NCBI GenBank assembly: GCA_009602725.1
Contig: WELB01000001.1
Coordinates: forward strand, 1,950,545-1,986,883
Length of the DNA stretch: 36,339 bases
Source of the DNA: Spirogloea muscicola
Taxonomy: Eukaryota
Direction of reading: 5' to 3'
Part shown: positions 12,215 to 22,479 of the stretch, one piece after another
How positions within the stretch are numbered: position 1 is the first letter of the stretch
How the letters are laid out: each line of letters opens with the position of its first letter
Position numbers and translations under genes: made by a program
Notes under the pieces: generated by a model
Database searches by the model: none
What the model saw: the letters and a program-made list of their open reading frames with translations, nothing else
What the model was told of the DNA's origin: nothing

Positions 12215-12580
12215 ATCAAGTGCTCGCCCATAGAGACGAGGGGCTGGCAAAGCCAGCCCAAACAGAATGGACAATGTCTAAAGAAAGCGAGCCGAAAAAG
12301 AAAGTGCTCGCCCGTTGAGGATAGGGGCTGGAAAAGCCAGCCCAAAAAAGAATGAACACAGTAAGAGAAGGGGGCCAGGGGAAGCGCTAAGAAAAACAAG
12401 CAAAAAAGGACTACACTACAAAACACTACAAAACTCAAGACGATGCAGAGGGAAGCAGAAGCGCGGCCAGATTGACTGGTGGCTGGGTAAGGCCAGCCCA
12501 AAGGAATGGACAAGGTCGGAGGGAGCCTGAGTGCGAAGGAATAGGACTAAGACATCAGCCAGGGAACTCTCAGTAACCTC
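12215..12580 (-). repeat. Composite inverted cassette: GGTTACTGAG head + module C + module B + extra dyad unit
   Basis: The reverse complement contains CCTGGCTGATGTCTTAGTCCTA...GGGCTGGCCTTACCCAGCCACCAGTCAATCTGGCCGCGC (equal to 8516-8622), then TTCTTAGCGCTTCCCCTGGCCCCC...GGGCTGGCTTTTCCAGCCC (equal to 6170-6270), then a third dyad unit. Confidence 0.9.
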
Positions 12581-13033
12581 TAGTCAGGAGATGCAAGTCT
12601 GAGTTGCTAGCTGGCGGAAAGACGTCGCACTGACGGAAGCTCAGTACCCACGAGTGAGCAACATCAGGTCTGAGTAGCTCGGCTGCCGGGAAAGACAAGA
12701 GGCACTCCGCCGATGGGAGAAGCCACTCTGTTACTGAGCGCCCACTCGCAGAAGTCACGGAAAGAAGATTCATAAGATTCTTCCCTCATAAGATACTGCT
12801 TCGCTTTAAGTAGCCACAACTCTGCGTTAGCTTCCGCCTGAACACAGTATTGGCTTGATCTGGCCCTGCCTCTCACTCCATGCGCACCGCTCGGCATCGT
12901 TTTCCCTCTTGACATTCTGTCAACACGACCGTAACCAGCAGCGCGCAGGCGGCGCGAAGAAGCGCGGCCAGGTCGAGCGGTGGGTCATTGGCGTGGCCAT
13001 CTAGCATTCATAATTCGACCTGCCTTGGCCTCC

Positions 13034-13656
13034 ATGGCCGCTGCTCTCGCGCGAGCCCCAGCCCTCGCGCGAGGCGCCGCTCCCGCTGCCGTCGCCGCCG
13101 CCCTCGGCGTCGCCGCCGGCGGGTGCGGCCTTGCGCTGGCCGGCGAGGAGGGTCGCTGCTCCGTGCCGAGCCTGGGACTCGCATTGGGCCCACGCTTCTT
13201 CGGCGGCCCAGTTGGCAGCGACGACGCCGTGACCGTCTGCAGGTAAGACTGGCAGCCGAAGCCGAAGTTCTCGTTAGCTGAGAACTCCAGCGCCAGGCCG
13301 CGAAGCTACAGGGCGCGAAGCCTGAGCTGCGGCGTGTCCGACGAAGCCAGAAGGGGAATGCTGCTGAGGGATCAGCCGGCCCTTGCCAGCACCTTGTGCC
13401 AGTATAGTCCGGCATCATGAGGAGCTCACTTAGCGAGCGGTGCTTCGTGGAGCTGGAACCCTCAGGCTGCCTCCAACAAGGCGAGAGCGGTCGAGCAGCG
13501 AGCCCACTTTGGTACAGTGCTGCAGCAGTGAGCCTGGTTCACTGACACTCAGCCTGCGGTGTAATCACTTGGCTCAGGAGGGAGGGGCATCGCCGCTACA
13601 TGATCATCAATGACATCGGGCTGTACGAGGAATTCGAGCACTTCATGACGACATGA
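13034..13656 (+). CDS. Hypothetical small Ala/Gly-rich protein, 95 aa
   Basis: Exon 13034-13242 has a strong GTAAG donor (phase 2) and joins 13578-13656, giving ...DDAVTVCR/REGHRRYMIINDIGLYEEFEHFMTT*. No family recognised; acceptor choice is inferred. Confidence 0.55.
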
Positions 13657-14239
13657 AGACCGCCACTGCAGAAGATTACAGCGTTGGCACAAACTTGCTT
13701 ACACCAGCTGAAAGACACGTGCTCGGCTGTCGGTTCTACTTGTACAATACAGTGTGCACGTCCTCTTAGCAAACATGCATCCTTCTTTTACATTTGTACA
13801 TGCATCAAGCTGATGCCTGCATCCAGTGACCAGCATTGCAGCTCAGTGTAGACACTGCTGCTTGTACCATGCAACTATATTCAATGTAGTGGGTTCTCTC
13901 CATATCTGCTCTGTCATCACAGACTTTGCCTTCACAGAATAAGCTTAGCACGCAGCAGCGTAGCTGCTGACCGCGACACCTTTTTGCTATCACCAAGCAA
14001 GTTTACACTAGCTGCTATCAGAATGGCTGATCCTTAAGAGAGATTGTAGATAGATGCAACTACATAAACCTCAAAAGAGCAAGATTACATGAGCAAGATT
14101 CAGGCACCTTCTTATGCTCTATACATGCCATGGGCTTCTCTAAGAATTGACATACACACTTGTGTCATGCAAAGGGAGGGACCGATCAAAAAGTACGTTT
14201 TGCAGCAAATGGCCTGCTCTGCATCAATTCAATCATCTG

Positions 14240-17011
14240 TCAAAATTTCAGCCACTTTTTGCTCTGTTCCTTTTGATGAATTGCATCTCTCCTGCTCGTG
14301 TGGGCTCCAATAGCGGCAGACAGAGACGTTTGCGCCGCATCCAAGCGTCGCAGGACTGCACTATGCATGGCCTTGTCATTCTTATTCCTCCTCTCCATGT
14401 CCTCAAGCCTCGAAACTTGAGACCTCAGCTCTCGAAGCTCATCCTCTCTGGCCAACAGCAGCTGCCGCTCCTCGTTTGAAGCTGCCAGGAAGTAGCAAGC
14501 AGAGGCAACATAAAGATGGCCTCTATGAAATGGACAAAACAGCCAAAGACTTCAGGTACAATGTGAGCATCTGCATTTGCACTGCAGCATGTTGAGACCT
14601 GAAACGCATGACCAGTATGCAAAGTCAAGCAGTGCACCTCGTGTACGATCTCCTTGCTGCTGTTGGGGCCTTTTGTTGGTCGAAATCTTGGCCCTGAGAG
14701 CCTCATCACTGATGGGAGCAGCATTCCCAAAGTGACCTTTGAGCCCTTGGTTGATGATTCCGAACATGTCAGACTCATTACTCTCTCTTAACTTGGACCT
14801 CCTGACCTTCTCCTGCTCTGCAAATTTCCTCCTGCGGCTCCTCTCACCTCCCCTCTTCCGCCTCTTTTCCAGATCAGTTGCTTTGCCTGGACCACCACGC
14901 CTGCCTGGGGCAGTGCTTTCGCCAACAAAGTCGAGCGCAGTCCGAGGGGGGAGCACTCGTATGTTCAAGGGAGCAGCTATCCCTTGTCCACGGCTCCCAA
15001 GGCCGCTGCCTCTAGTGTAGCCCATGGCCACCATCATTTTGGATGCAACCCCTCGTGTGTACTTCTCCCACTCGGCAAATACTGCCGTTTCTGCATCAAT
15101 GCTTGGCTCTCTATGTAAAGACCAATTTGAATCAGGCAGCACAATGTGATGCAGTGAGCCATTCATCTGACCAAGGTCTACTCATGACAAGAGGAGCTGG
15201 GAGGAGAGTGATAAGGACCATCAGTGGGATGCTTTTGCACAAGCTGGCATGCATATGTCCTAAATCTTGTAACTACAGCACCAGAGAAGAGAAGGCTACA
15301 GTACTGTGTACATCAAAATCAACAAGCGTACCTGTCTGAGAGCCTCCCCCAAGTGTTACGTCTACCTTGGTCCATGCAGCAATAGCTAACCTCTCTTCAC
15401 CACTGTCTTCGACCTCTGTGTGCAGTGATAGGACAGTGCCATAAGAGTATGATTGTGCCACACAACAAAGCCTGTACATTCACTTGTGCACATGTGAAGC
15501 AGGCTCTGATGTGCCCTCTTGAGTACCTGGGTCAGAACCTGAGTCCTGAGTGCTGGAACTGGCCTCAGCTGATGCAAGGGAGACAATGCTTGTCGATTGC
15601 AGCTCCATCCGCCGACCATCAGCCAGGAACGCAACGCCATACCGGTCTTCTTTGGAGCTGTGCCATTCAAGCTCGGCCTTCTGCCAGACTCCCTGGCCAT
15701 CGGGGACAGTGCAAGCCAAAACGATCTCCCCCAGTGGAATTGCAGAGATGTCATCGGGCACATATTCCTCTAGATGATCCTCTGATACAATTATGCCTGC
15801 AACATAAACAACATTCACAATATGAACGCATGTCATCGCAGATCTGCCGATCTGGCTCTTGCATAATATGATAATGATCACAATTCAGGACAGTGTCTGT
15901 TGCCGGCTCAATGTCAAAAGACAACTACATGTGCGGTACCATAAGGAACTTGCTTTACACCAGGAATTGAGTTTTAGAGGCAACAGTACCATGCGATTGC
16001 CGGCAGCTGTCACCAAAGCGGCACCGCTGCTCCAAGAAGAACCTGCAGGTCTGCTACTTGAGCTGTGAGTGGCCTGGTTCCGTCCTCCTCGCATCCATGG
16101 CATACTGCCTGGGAACGGCCTTGCTTGAGGTGAAGGTCTGCATGCTAGCATGTCTCCATAGGCCCTACCAGCATGGCTTCTGTGGTCGGATGCAAAAAGG
16201 TGACGCGCGCCTTCCTCGGCCCCTGCATAGCGACCTGGCCTCCATCAATTCTCTGCCCAAAGTACCACCGCCCATCTGTGTGCCGGAATCGGCAAGTGGA
16301 CCCCAGAGGTCGCTGCGAGCCCTTCCCAACTCGTTCTCCGCTGGTGGAAGTCAGTGCATGTGATGCAATGCGGTCGAGATCATAACAACCATCATCGTCC
16401 GTGGATTGGTGTGACCCTGCAAAGCATTCAGCAGGACAAAGCATTCAGCAGGACAAAGAGTCCAAGTTATAACACGTTTGGCTAAGCTCCTCGCAAACCT
16501 CCTCAACGAGACACAGGAAGTCTGCCCAAGCTGGTGCAGATGCATGGCCATACGCACACAACACAAGTTTGCGGGTCGCCGTCTTGCCTGCTTGTCCAGC
16601 GGGCCTCCGCACGTCCTGCACCTGCCGCAGCTTGCCAAGCCCTTCCTCGCTCGCCTGCAGTGCGCTCCGCAGCTCCTCCAGAACCTGCAGCAGAGCAGGC
16701 GCAGGACGTCTGCCCAGCTTACTCCCACCATCTCTTCGCACCGCGCTAGCGAGATCGGGCTGTGCGAGAGCTCACCAGGCCAGCGACGACGCAGAAGCCG
16801 GGGCAAGGGGTCTGACAGGCGCTCTCACCTCCTGGAGCTCGGCATCTGCAGCAGGGTCGAGGCCCAGGGAAGCCTCCAGCTCCTGGATGGACGCGCGTTG
16901 CTCCGCGACTTGCTCCTGGAGCTCCTGCTCCAGCGCCGTCGCCTCCGCCGCCGCCGCCGCCGTCTCCGCCGCCGCCGCCGCCGCCGCCGCCGACTGCTGG
17001 CCGCCTTCCAT
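14240..17011 (-). CDS. ZGPAT: CCCH zinc finger / Tudor-like / G-patch protein (ZGPAT-like), about 545 aa
   Basis: Exons 17011-16829, 16684-16588, 16416-16169, 16050-15990, 15796-15527, 15415-15332, 15090-14638 and 14481-14240. Motifs: CRFRHTDGRWY, CCCH finger CRFFLEQRCRFGDSCRQSH, G-patch WEKYTRGVASKMMVAMGY..GSGLG..GQGI..P, and C-terminal KKWLKF. Confidence 0.92.
16421..16458 (+). repeat. 17-bp tandem duplication (AAAGCATTCAGCAGGAC x2) at the 3' end of ZGPAT intron 2
   Basis: Seen directly. It duplicates the putative branch-point (GCTGAA) region on the minus strand. Confidence 0.85.
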
Positions 17012-17356
17012 GGCTCGGCACCACCCGCTGGCACCGATTGTCCAGCCGCAGCCCGGAAGGCTCGCCGCAAATTGCACCGAGACGAGCGAGCAGGTCTCTG
17101 AATGCTGAGCTGCTTCTCGCCGCCGCAGGAGGCGGCGGCGGCGGCGGCAGCTGCGGCGGCGGCGGCAGCTGCGGCGGCGGCGGCGGAGGTGGTTAGCCAC
17201 TAATCGTTACCCGTCAGGCTCCGCTGGACTCCCTCTGTCAATGTGGTAGCCTTGTACTTGGCCACTCAGACCCTCCGCCACTCAACTTACACTCAACCCC
17301 GCCTGACCACAGCGTAGACCGGCCGCTCGAGCTACGCCAGGCGAGGTGCGGCCGAG
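17012..17356. promoter_or_regulatory. Compact bidirectional promoter between the ZGPAT-like and FSH1 genes
   Basis: Head-to-head ATGs at 17011 (-) and 17357 (+) are 345 nt apart. An interrupted (GCG)n tract lies at 17131-17186. Confidence 0.7.
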
Positions 17357-19248
17357 ATGGCGGCCGTGGCGAGCGGCGGTGGCGGCAGGCTGCGCGTCCT
17401 GTGCCTGCACAGCTTCCGCGCCAGCGCCGCCATCCTCCAGGTAGGCGCTTTGCGCTGCTGGCTCGCGGCGCAGTGGCGAGCTCATCGCCCACGACGGGCT
17501 GTGTCCAATGCTGACCATGCGCAACGGGGGCTGCGTGGCCTCTGCAGAAGCAGATGAGCATAGCCCGGTGGGACGCCGCGGTCGACGACCTTGTGGACCT
17601 GGTGCACCTCCTCTGCTGCTCGCTGGCCCCAGAACGCAGCTATCCTTGACCTCCCGACACGACGTTGCAGCTTGGCTGCCCGTCTTGCCAGTCCAGGACG
17701 TGACCCCCACGGCTGCTCGAGACGGCCTGCCTTGCCTGATCTAATTGCAGAGGCTGGCTTGAGGCCGTCAGGCTGCTCACTCAGCCGAGAGTTGTTTCCT
17801 CGACTACCGTGGCAGGTGTACATAGATGCGCCGATGCCAGCGAGCGGTCCCTCGGACCTGGAGAAGCACTTCGACCCACCCTACTTCGAGTGGTGGTCCG
17901 CGTCGCAGGTCCGACGTCCCACATTGTCCAGCCATTTGTCTTTGATGTTGAGCAGGTCGTTGTCACATCACTGGGAGCCTGCGCATGGTGGCTTCTTGAT
18001 GTCCTTCATCATATGTCACGCCAAAGTGGCCACCATGTGCTCTTGACGAGAGGCACTCTGCTGGCGGCCAACATGACACGTGACCCTCATGCCCGATACT
18101 CCGTACATAGAGCGGCAGGACGGGAAGGTGTATGTTGGCGCCGACACCAGTATCACATACGTCCGTGACAACCTGACGCTCCACGGCCCATTTGACGGCC
18201 TTTTGGGCTTCTCGCAAGTACAAGAGCTGATCTGCAACTGGCTCCCACTCGCGTGCTCCGTTAGATCAACTTGGTTTCGCCAATCAGGCATAAGACTTTG
18301 ATACAGGACAATACGTTTCTAGTCTCCCAAATAACAGGCCTTCCAAGAACTTTACAACCCCTCAAACACCATCCACTGTTCTTTTTCCAGTCACAAAGCA
18401 CATGCAGCTCCTACTAGACGCTCCCCCTGAAATTGAGCTCATGCCAGCCGCTGGTTATCTGCAGGGAGGCATGCTCGCATCGTACTTGCTGGCGTTGCTA
18501 CAGGAGGTGAGGGGTACTTATGTTCCTGCACACTGTACGGCTATAGCGGACAAAGTTGTCGCAGACCCTGCCAGCTAGGCAGATTTCTCAAGCTTTCCAG
18601 CTAATCGTGCATTGAAATGAAACTTCAGTGAAGTTGTTTGCCAGCTGGTTCTAATGGCAGGGTGAAGTGGACATGACAACCCCACCTCGATTTTGTATAC
18701 TGATTGGAGCAGGATTGCCAAGAGCAGATGCCCTCGCTGCAGCCTTCAGAAGGCCTATCACAGTCCCTTCCCTTCATCTGATTGGTGAGCAGGTTGTCTG
18801 TGCTTTGATGCTAGAGATTGTCATAGCTTGCAGCATGCACTGCAACATTCAAGATGGCGTTAAAAGTGTGTGTGATTAGCTTCAAAAAACTGCTGTTGCT
18901 GCAGGAGACAAGGACTTTCTCAAGGCACGATGTGAGTTGCTTCAAGACTGCTACCAAGATCCAGTCATCATTCAGCATCCACGTGGCCATGTGGTTCCGC
19001 GCACAGGTGCATGGACTTTGATAAGTACGTGGTGATGAAAAGCGCTTCACGATTGAAGACGAGTACATAGTTGCTTCAATCATTACAGAGGGTGCAGACA
19101 GTGTCTAGATGTCAATAGATTTCCCCTCTGAATTTGAGACTTGCAGGTTCACACCATTAACACATTACTGAATGTCACAGATGATGATGGTACTACTAGC
19201 CTACGTCAATTTCTCATTGGACAACTACCCCTCAGGTGTGACCTGTAG
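17357..19248 (+). CDS. Serine hydrolase of the FSH1/OVCA2 family (alpha/beta hydrolase), 221 aa
   Basis: Exons 17357-17440, 17548-17601, 17816-17908, 18119-18217, 18465-18506, 18661-18784, 18905-19006 and 19181-19248. Motifs: RVLCLHSFR, GPFDGLLGFSQGG (catalytic Ser), SLHLIGDKD (Asp) and HPRGHVVP (His). Confidence 0.93.
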
Positions 19249-19600
19249 ACCACCTGCAACTTGGAGCAGAGGAAGATCTGCCATTCCTAATGCAAACTAC
19301 ATCTTCCTCCCCCACATGCGAACGAGCAAATTTGCAGGGAACCACTTGTTAGCATTCAGCATTCAAAGAAGTACAATATGAAATATCATTGATTGGTTGC
19401 TCAGCTATGCCATGCAGTACTTGATCTCTCTCGCATCAGCTGCCAAACATGCTGAAGTGGCACAATCTGTATGTAATAAATCTATCATGCATAGAATGTC
19501 ATGCAGCAGTTCTGCAGAACAGTCAACTCCAATAAACAATCAGATGAGAATATATCGACCAGACCAAAGGCAGCAATCAATCTGAATGCTGACAGGATTT

Positions 19601-19671
19601 ATCTCATGACTCAGATCACAAATGTCATATAAATTCTGTCCTATTTGATCTCATGACTCAGATCACAAATG
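19601..19671 (+). repeat. 24-bp direct repeat ATCTCATGACTCAGATCACAAATG x2
   Basis: Exact copies at 19601-19624 and 19648-19671, between the convergent 3' ends of the FSH1 and APQFDGL genes. Confidence 0.9.
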
Positions 19672-20016
19672 GCTACTAAAGCTGCTACCTACAGGGTAGT
19701 GTTGGGCTCCTCAAAAAATATAAGTGGCGATAGCTATTGCAGGCCTTGCAAGCTAGCTTCCGGCCACAAAGAATGGTGGCTGAGACAGCTTCGCTGTTCA
19801 GAAAGAATTGTGAGGCAGACACAGAGAGTCAGCAGCGACACCAGCACGATGCACGACTGCCACTATGGATAGAGCTGCCAGCTCTCCAACCTGCCGCCTT
19901 GGCATGTAGCTTTGCTGTCCTGTACAAGCGCCTGCTGTGGACGAACAAAAGAACCAGTAACAAAAAGGGTCCTCCCGACCAGCTTGATTCCTCTGCGATC
20001 GCCATCCTGCAGCCCT

Positions 20017-20562
20017 TCATCTCCGCGACCTCACCATGGTCTCATAGCAGTCAAGGCCATCAAACTGTGGCGCCAGCGACGTCTTGATGCTGGGGCTACA
20101 CAAGCCTGCTGGCGGCGCCGACAAGTGCCTATCCAAGGTGTGCGTGGCCGGTTGGCAGGACGATGCTGGCAGAAGCAGCATCTGCATGGCCGAGGCAGAG
20201 ACAAACAGCCTTCAGCAACATGCCAGTTGTCTTGGGTCCATTTCAGGAAGGCGTGGAATTGAGAACATGGTGCCCTGATCGAAGCAAGATCGCTGAGATC
20301 TCTACAACCTTGCCTACTGCCATCTCCGCGACCAGGCGGCAGCCCGTCCTGGCGTCGTCCGCGTAGGCGCAACAGGAGGCAGTCGGGCGATGCAAGAGGG
20401 ACCTCAGGCCAGCAAGTGGCACGAGCGCCTCACCTGGACGAGGCTGCTGTAGCCGACGGCGCTGCTGCTGGAGGGCGCGGCGCTCATCATGTAGACCTCC
20501 GCGCCGTAGGCGACGCCGAGGACGCCGGCGGCCTTGACGATCATGCTGGCGAGGCCCGCCAT
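20017..20562 (-). CDS. Small protein, 97 aa, with plant C-terminal APQFDGLxCxET motif; function unknown
   Basis: Exons 20562-20434 and 20181-20017 (phase 0, GTGAG donor). Ends ...KTSLAPQFDGLDCYETMVRSRR*, matching the recalled plant 'APQFDGLHCFET' microprotein terminus. Confidence 0.8.
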
Positions 20563-20758
20563 CGGCACGACGACGCGAGCGGTGGCGAGAGCGAGCGAGC
20601 GAGCGAGCGAGCGAGGGAGACAGAGAGAGCAAGGGGAGGGGAGAGGGGGCGCCGGGCGGACGGCGGCGAGGGTCTGCGCCTGCGGCGGAGGGGCGCGGGC
20701 GGCGGAGCGGCGGGGGAGCGGAGGGGGCTGGCGGGGTTGGGAATTGCCTGCATTGGCG

Positions 20759-20759
20759 N

Positions 20760-20794
<35 letters not shown>

Positions 20795-20804
20795 CTTCCG
20801 ATCT
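20759..20804. other. Assembly gap plus Illumina adapter read-through remnant
   Basis: An N at 20759, 35 T, then CTTCCGATCT. The reverse complement is AGATCGGAAGA followed by poly-A, which matches the start of the Illumina adapter AGATCGGAAGAGC. Confidence 0.8.
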
Positions 20805-22479
20805 GTGCCGGCGGACGGGCCGTGCGCCGCGCTGGAGATGCGATCGGCCACCCGGGGGGCGCCGCGATGCGCGCGTCTCCGCCGTCCATGTGGCGCGCCC
20901 GCGCGCCCCCGGGGTCTCCGCGGGCGCCCGGGGCCAAAGATCGCGCCACGTGTCGGCCGGGGCGGCGCCGGCCCTCCGGGTGGTCCCAGAAAGCGGGGGG
21001 GCGCGCCGGCCGGCTGCGGCTCGCCCCGCGGTCTCGCATGGGGGGGACCCCCCCCATTGACTCACCGATTCGATCTGCACCGGGGGGGGTGTCGCCTCCG
21101 CAAATCGCCCTTCTGTGACCGGGTAGGTGGGATCACCGGCATCCCCGAGGGGGTTGTTTTGTTGGGGGCTCCCCTGTCTCCGCCGCCGCGCCGCCCGGCT
21201 TGGCCGGTGCAGACGGCCGCCGAGACGGCGGAAACGGCACGCCCCGCCCCGCCGCGGCCCCCAAAAGCCGCGCTCCCCTCCTGGCCAGCGTCGGCACCCC
21301 GAGCCCTTGCTCGCCTCTGACGACTCCCAGACCGCCGCCGCCGTCGTCGGCGGCGGCGGCGGCTGTGGCTGGCCAGGCCCGCTCCAGTCCTGGCGTGCCC
21401 TTTGCCCCGTTCGGCGGTGCCCGTCACCGTGGCCTGTCAGCACCTGTCGGTCGCCTCCCGGTGCCGGCCACCACCACCTTCACCTCTGGCGCCCAGTGGA
21501 GCCGCAGTCGGCCCCGTCAGAGAGGGCGGCCATTAGAGGGTTTCTGCTGCCCCTCGGACTTGCTTCCGCGCGGCAGCTCTGCACGATCAGCCTTCACGAC
21601 CCGTCACCCGTCACCTCCTGTCGCTGTCTGAGGAACCGTAGTCCCACATGCCCTGGCGCCAAGCGCGCGTGCTCGGTCGCCGTCGGGTCGCCACTACCAG
21701 CGGTCTCCGCAGCGCCACTCCCATCCCCCATCGCTTCACCACTGCCATTTCCGTCTCCGCCGTCCTCGCCGCCGCCAATGTGCTTGGCTGTTTATCTCCA
21801 GCATCGCCATTGTTGGGGCGAGCGCCACCGTCACTGCTACAGTCAGCCCTGCCACCAAGTGTCCCGAGCCTGGCGCAGTCGTCCCCGCGGTTGTGCAGCA
21901 ATCGCTGGCTCCGCCTCCGCTTTCACCACGGCCGCCATTATTGCCACCCCCTCCTGCCACCTTCTCCCCCCCCAGTGCAACAACCCTCTGTCATTGCTGC
22001 ACACTCACATTACCACCAGCACGGTCAATGTCTCCACCATTCACTCGTCGCCTTCGCCGTCTGCACCACAAACATCATTACCTCTGCCTCCACAATTGCA
22101 ACCACCAATTGACGGGGAGGGGGCCTCAAGTGCAGCCCGGGCGCTGGGGCAACCCTGAGGCATCCGCTAGGTGAGCCACTACTATTTCAACAAAGCGGCA
22201 GGGCCTGGCCAAGTAAGTACAGGCCTGCGTATGGCACGGCAACCATGCAGAGCCGGTGCAGAGCTGCGGCATGTCACCGCATCAGCAGGCCATGCCTTTG
22301 GTGGCCGGTGAGGTGCATACCAGACCCGCGAGACACCACCAAGTCAGGGAGTGGGCCACTGAATGTGACCGAAGAGTGTTCTATGAGTAGGGCTGCCACT
22401 CTTGCGCCACGCCCCTAGTGGGGGCATGCTCAGAGCTGCTCCAGGCTCTCCAACCCATGATGCGGAGTGTGGCAGCTGA

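Noticed and set aside
12835..12905. Module A as a tRNA or tRNA-derived SINE (TGGCTTGATCTGG resembles a Pol III A box)
   Set aside because: No B box (GGTTCGANTCC), cloverleaf or tail in any copy.
19236..19381. Alternative FSH1 last exon (GVTCRPP...RSTI*)
   Set aside because: The acceptor at 19180 gives DDDGTTSLRQFL, which fits the family's terminal helix; the longer exon does not.
20760..20794. Poly-T as a retroposon poly-A tail, or poly-Lys/Phe coding
   Set aside because: It abuts an N and an Illumina adapter match, so an artefact is more parsimonious. ORFs spanning it are spurious.
21127..22158. 343-aa Pro/Ser-rich ORF as a gene
   Set aside because: Low complexity, no recognisable domain or splice partner, non-ATG start, and next to the gap. 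At most it is the eroded 5' part of the retroelement.
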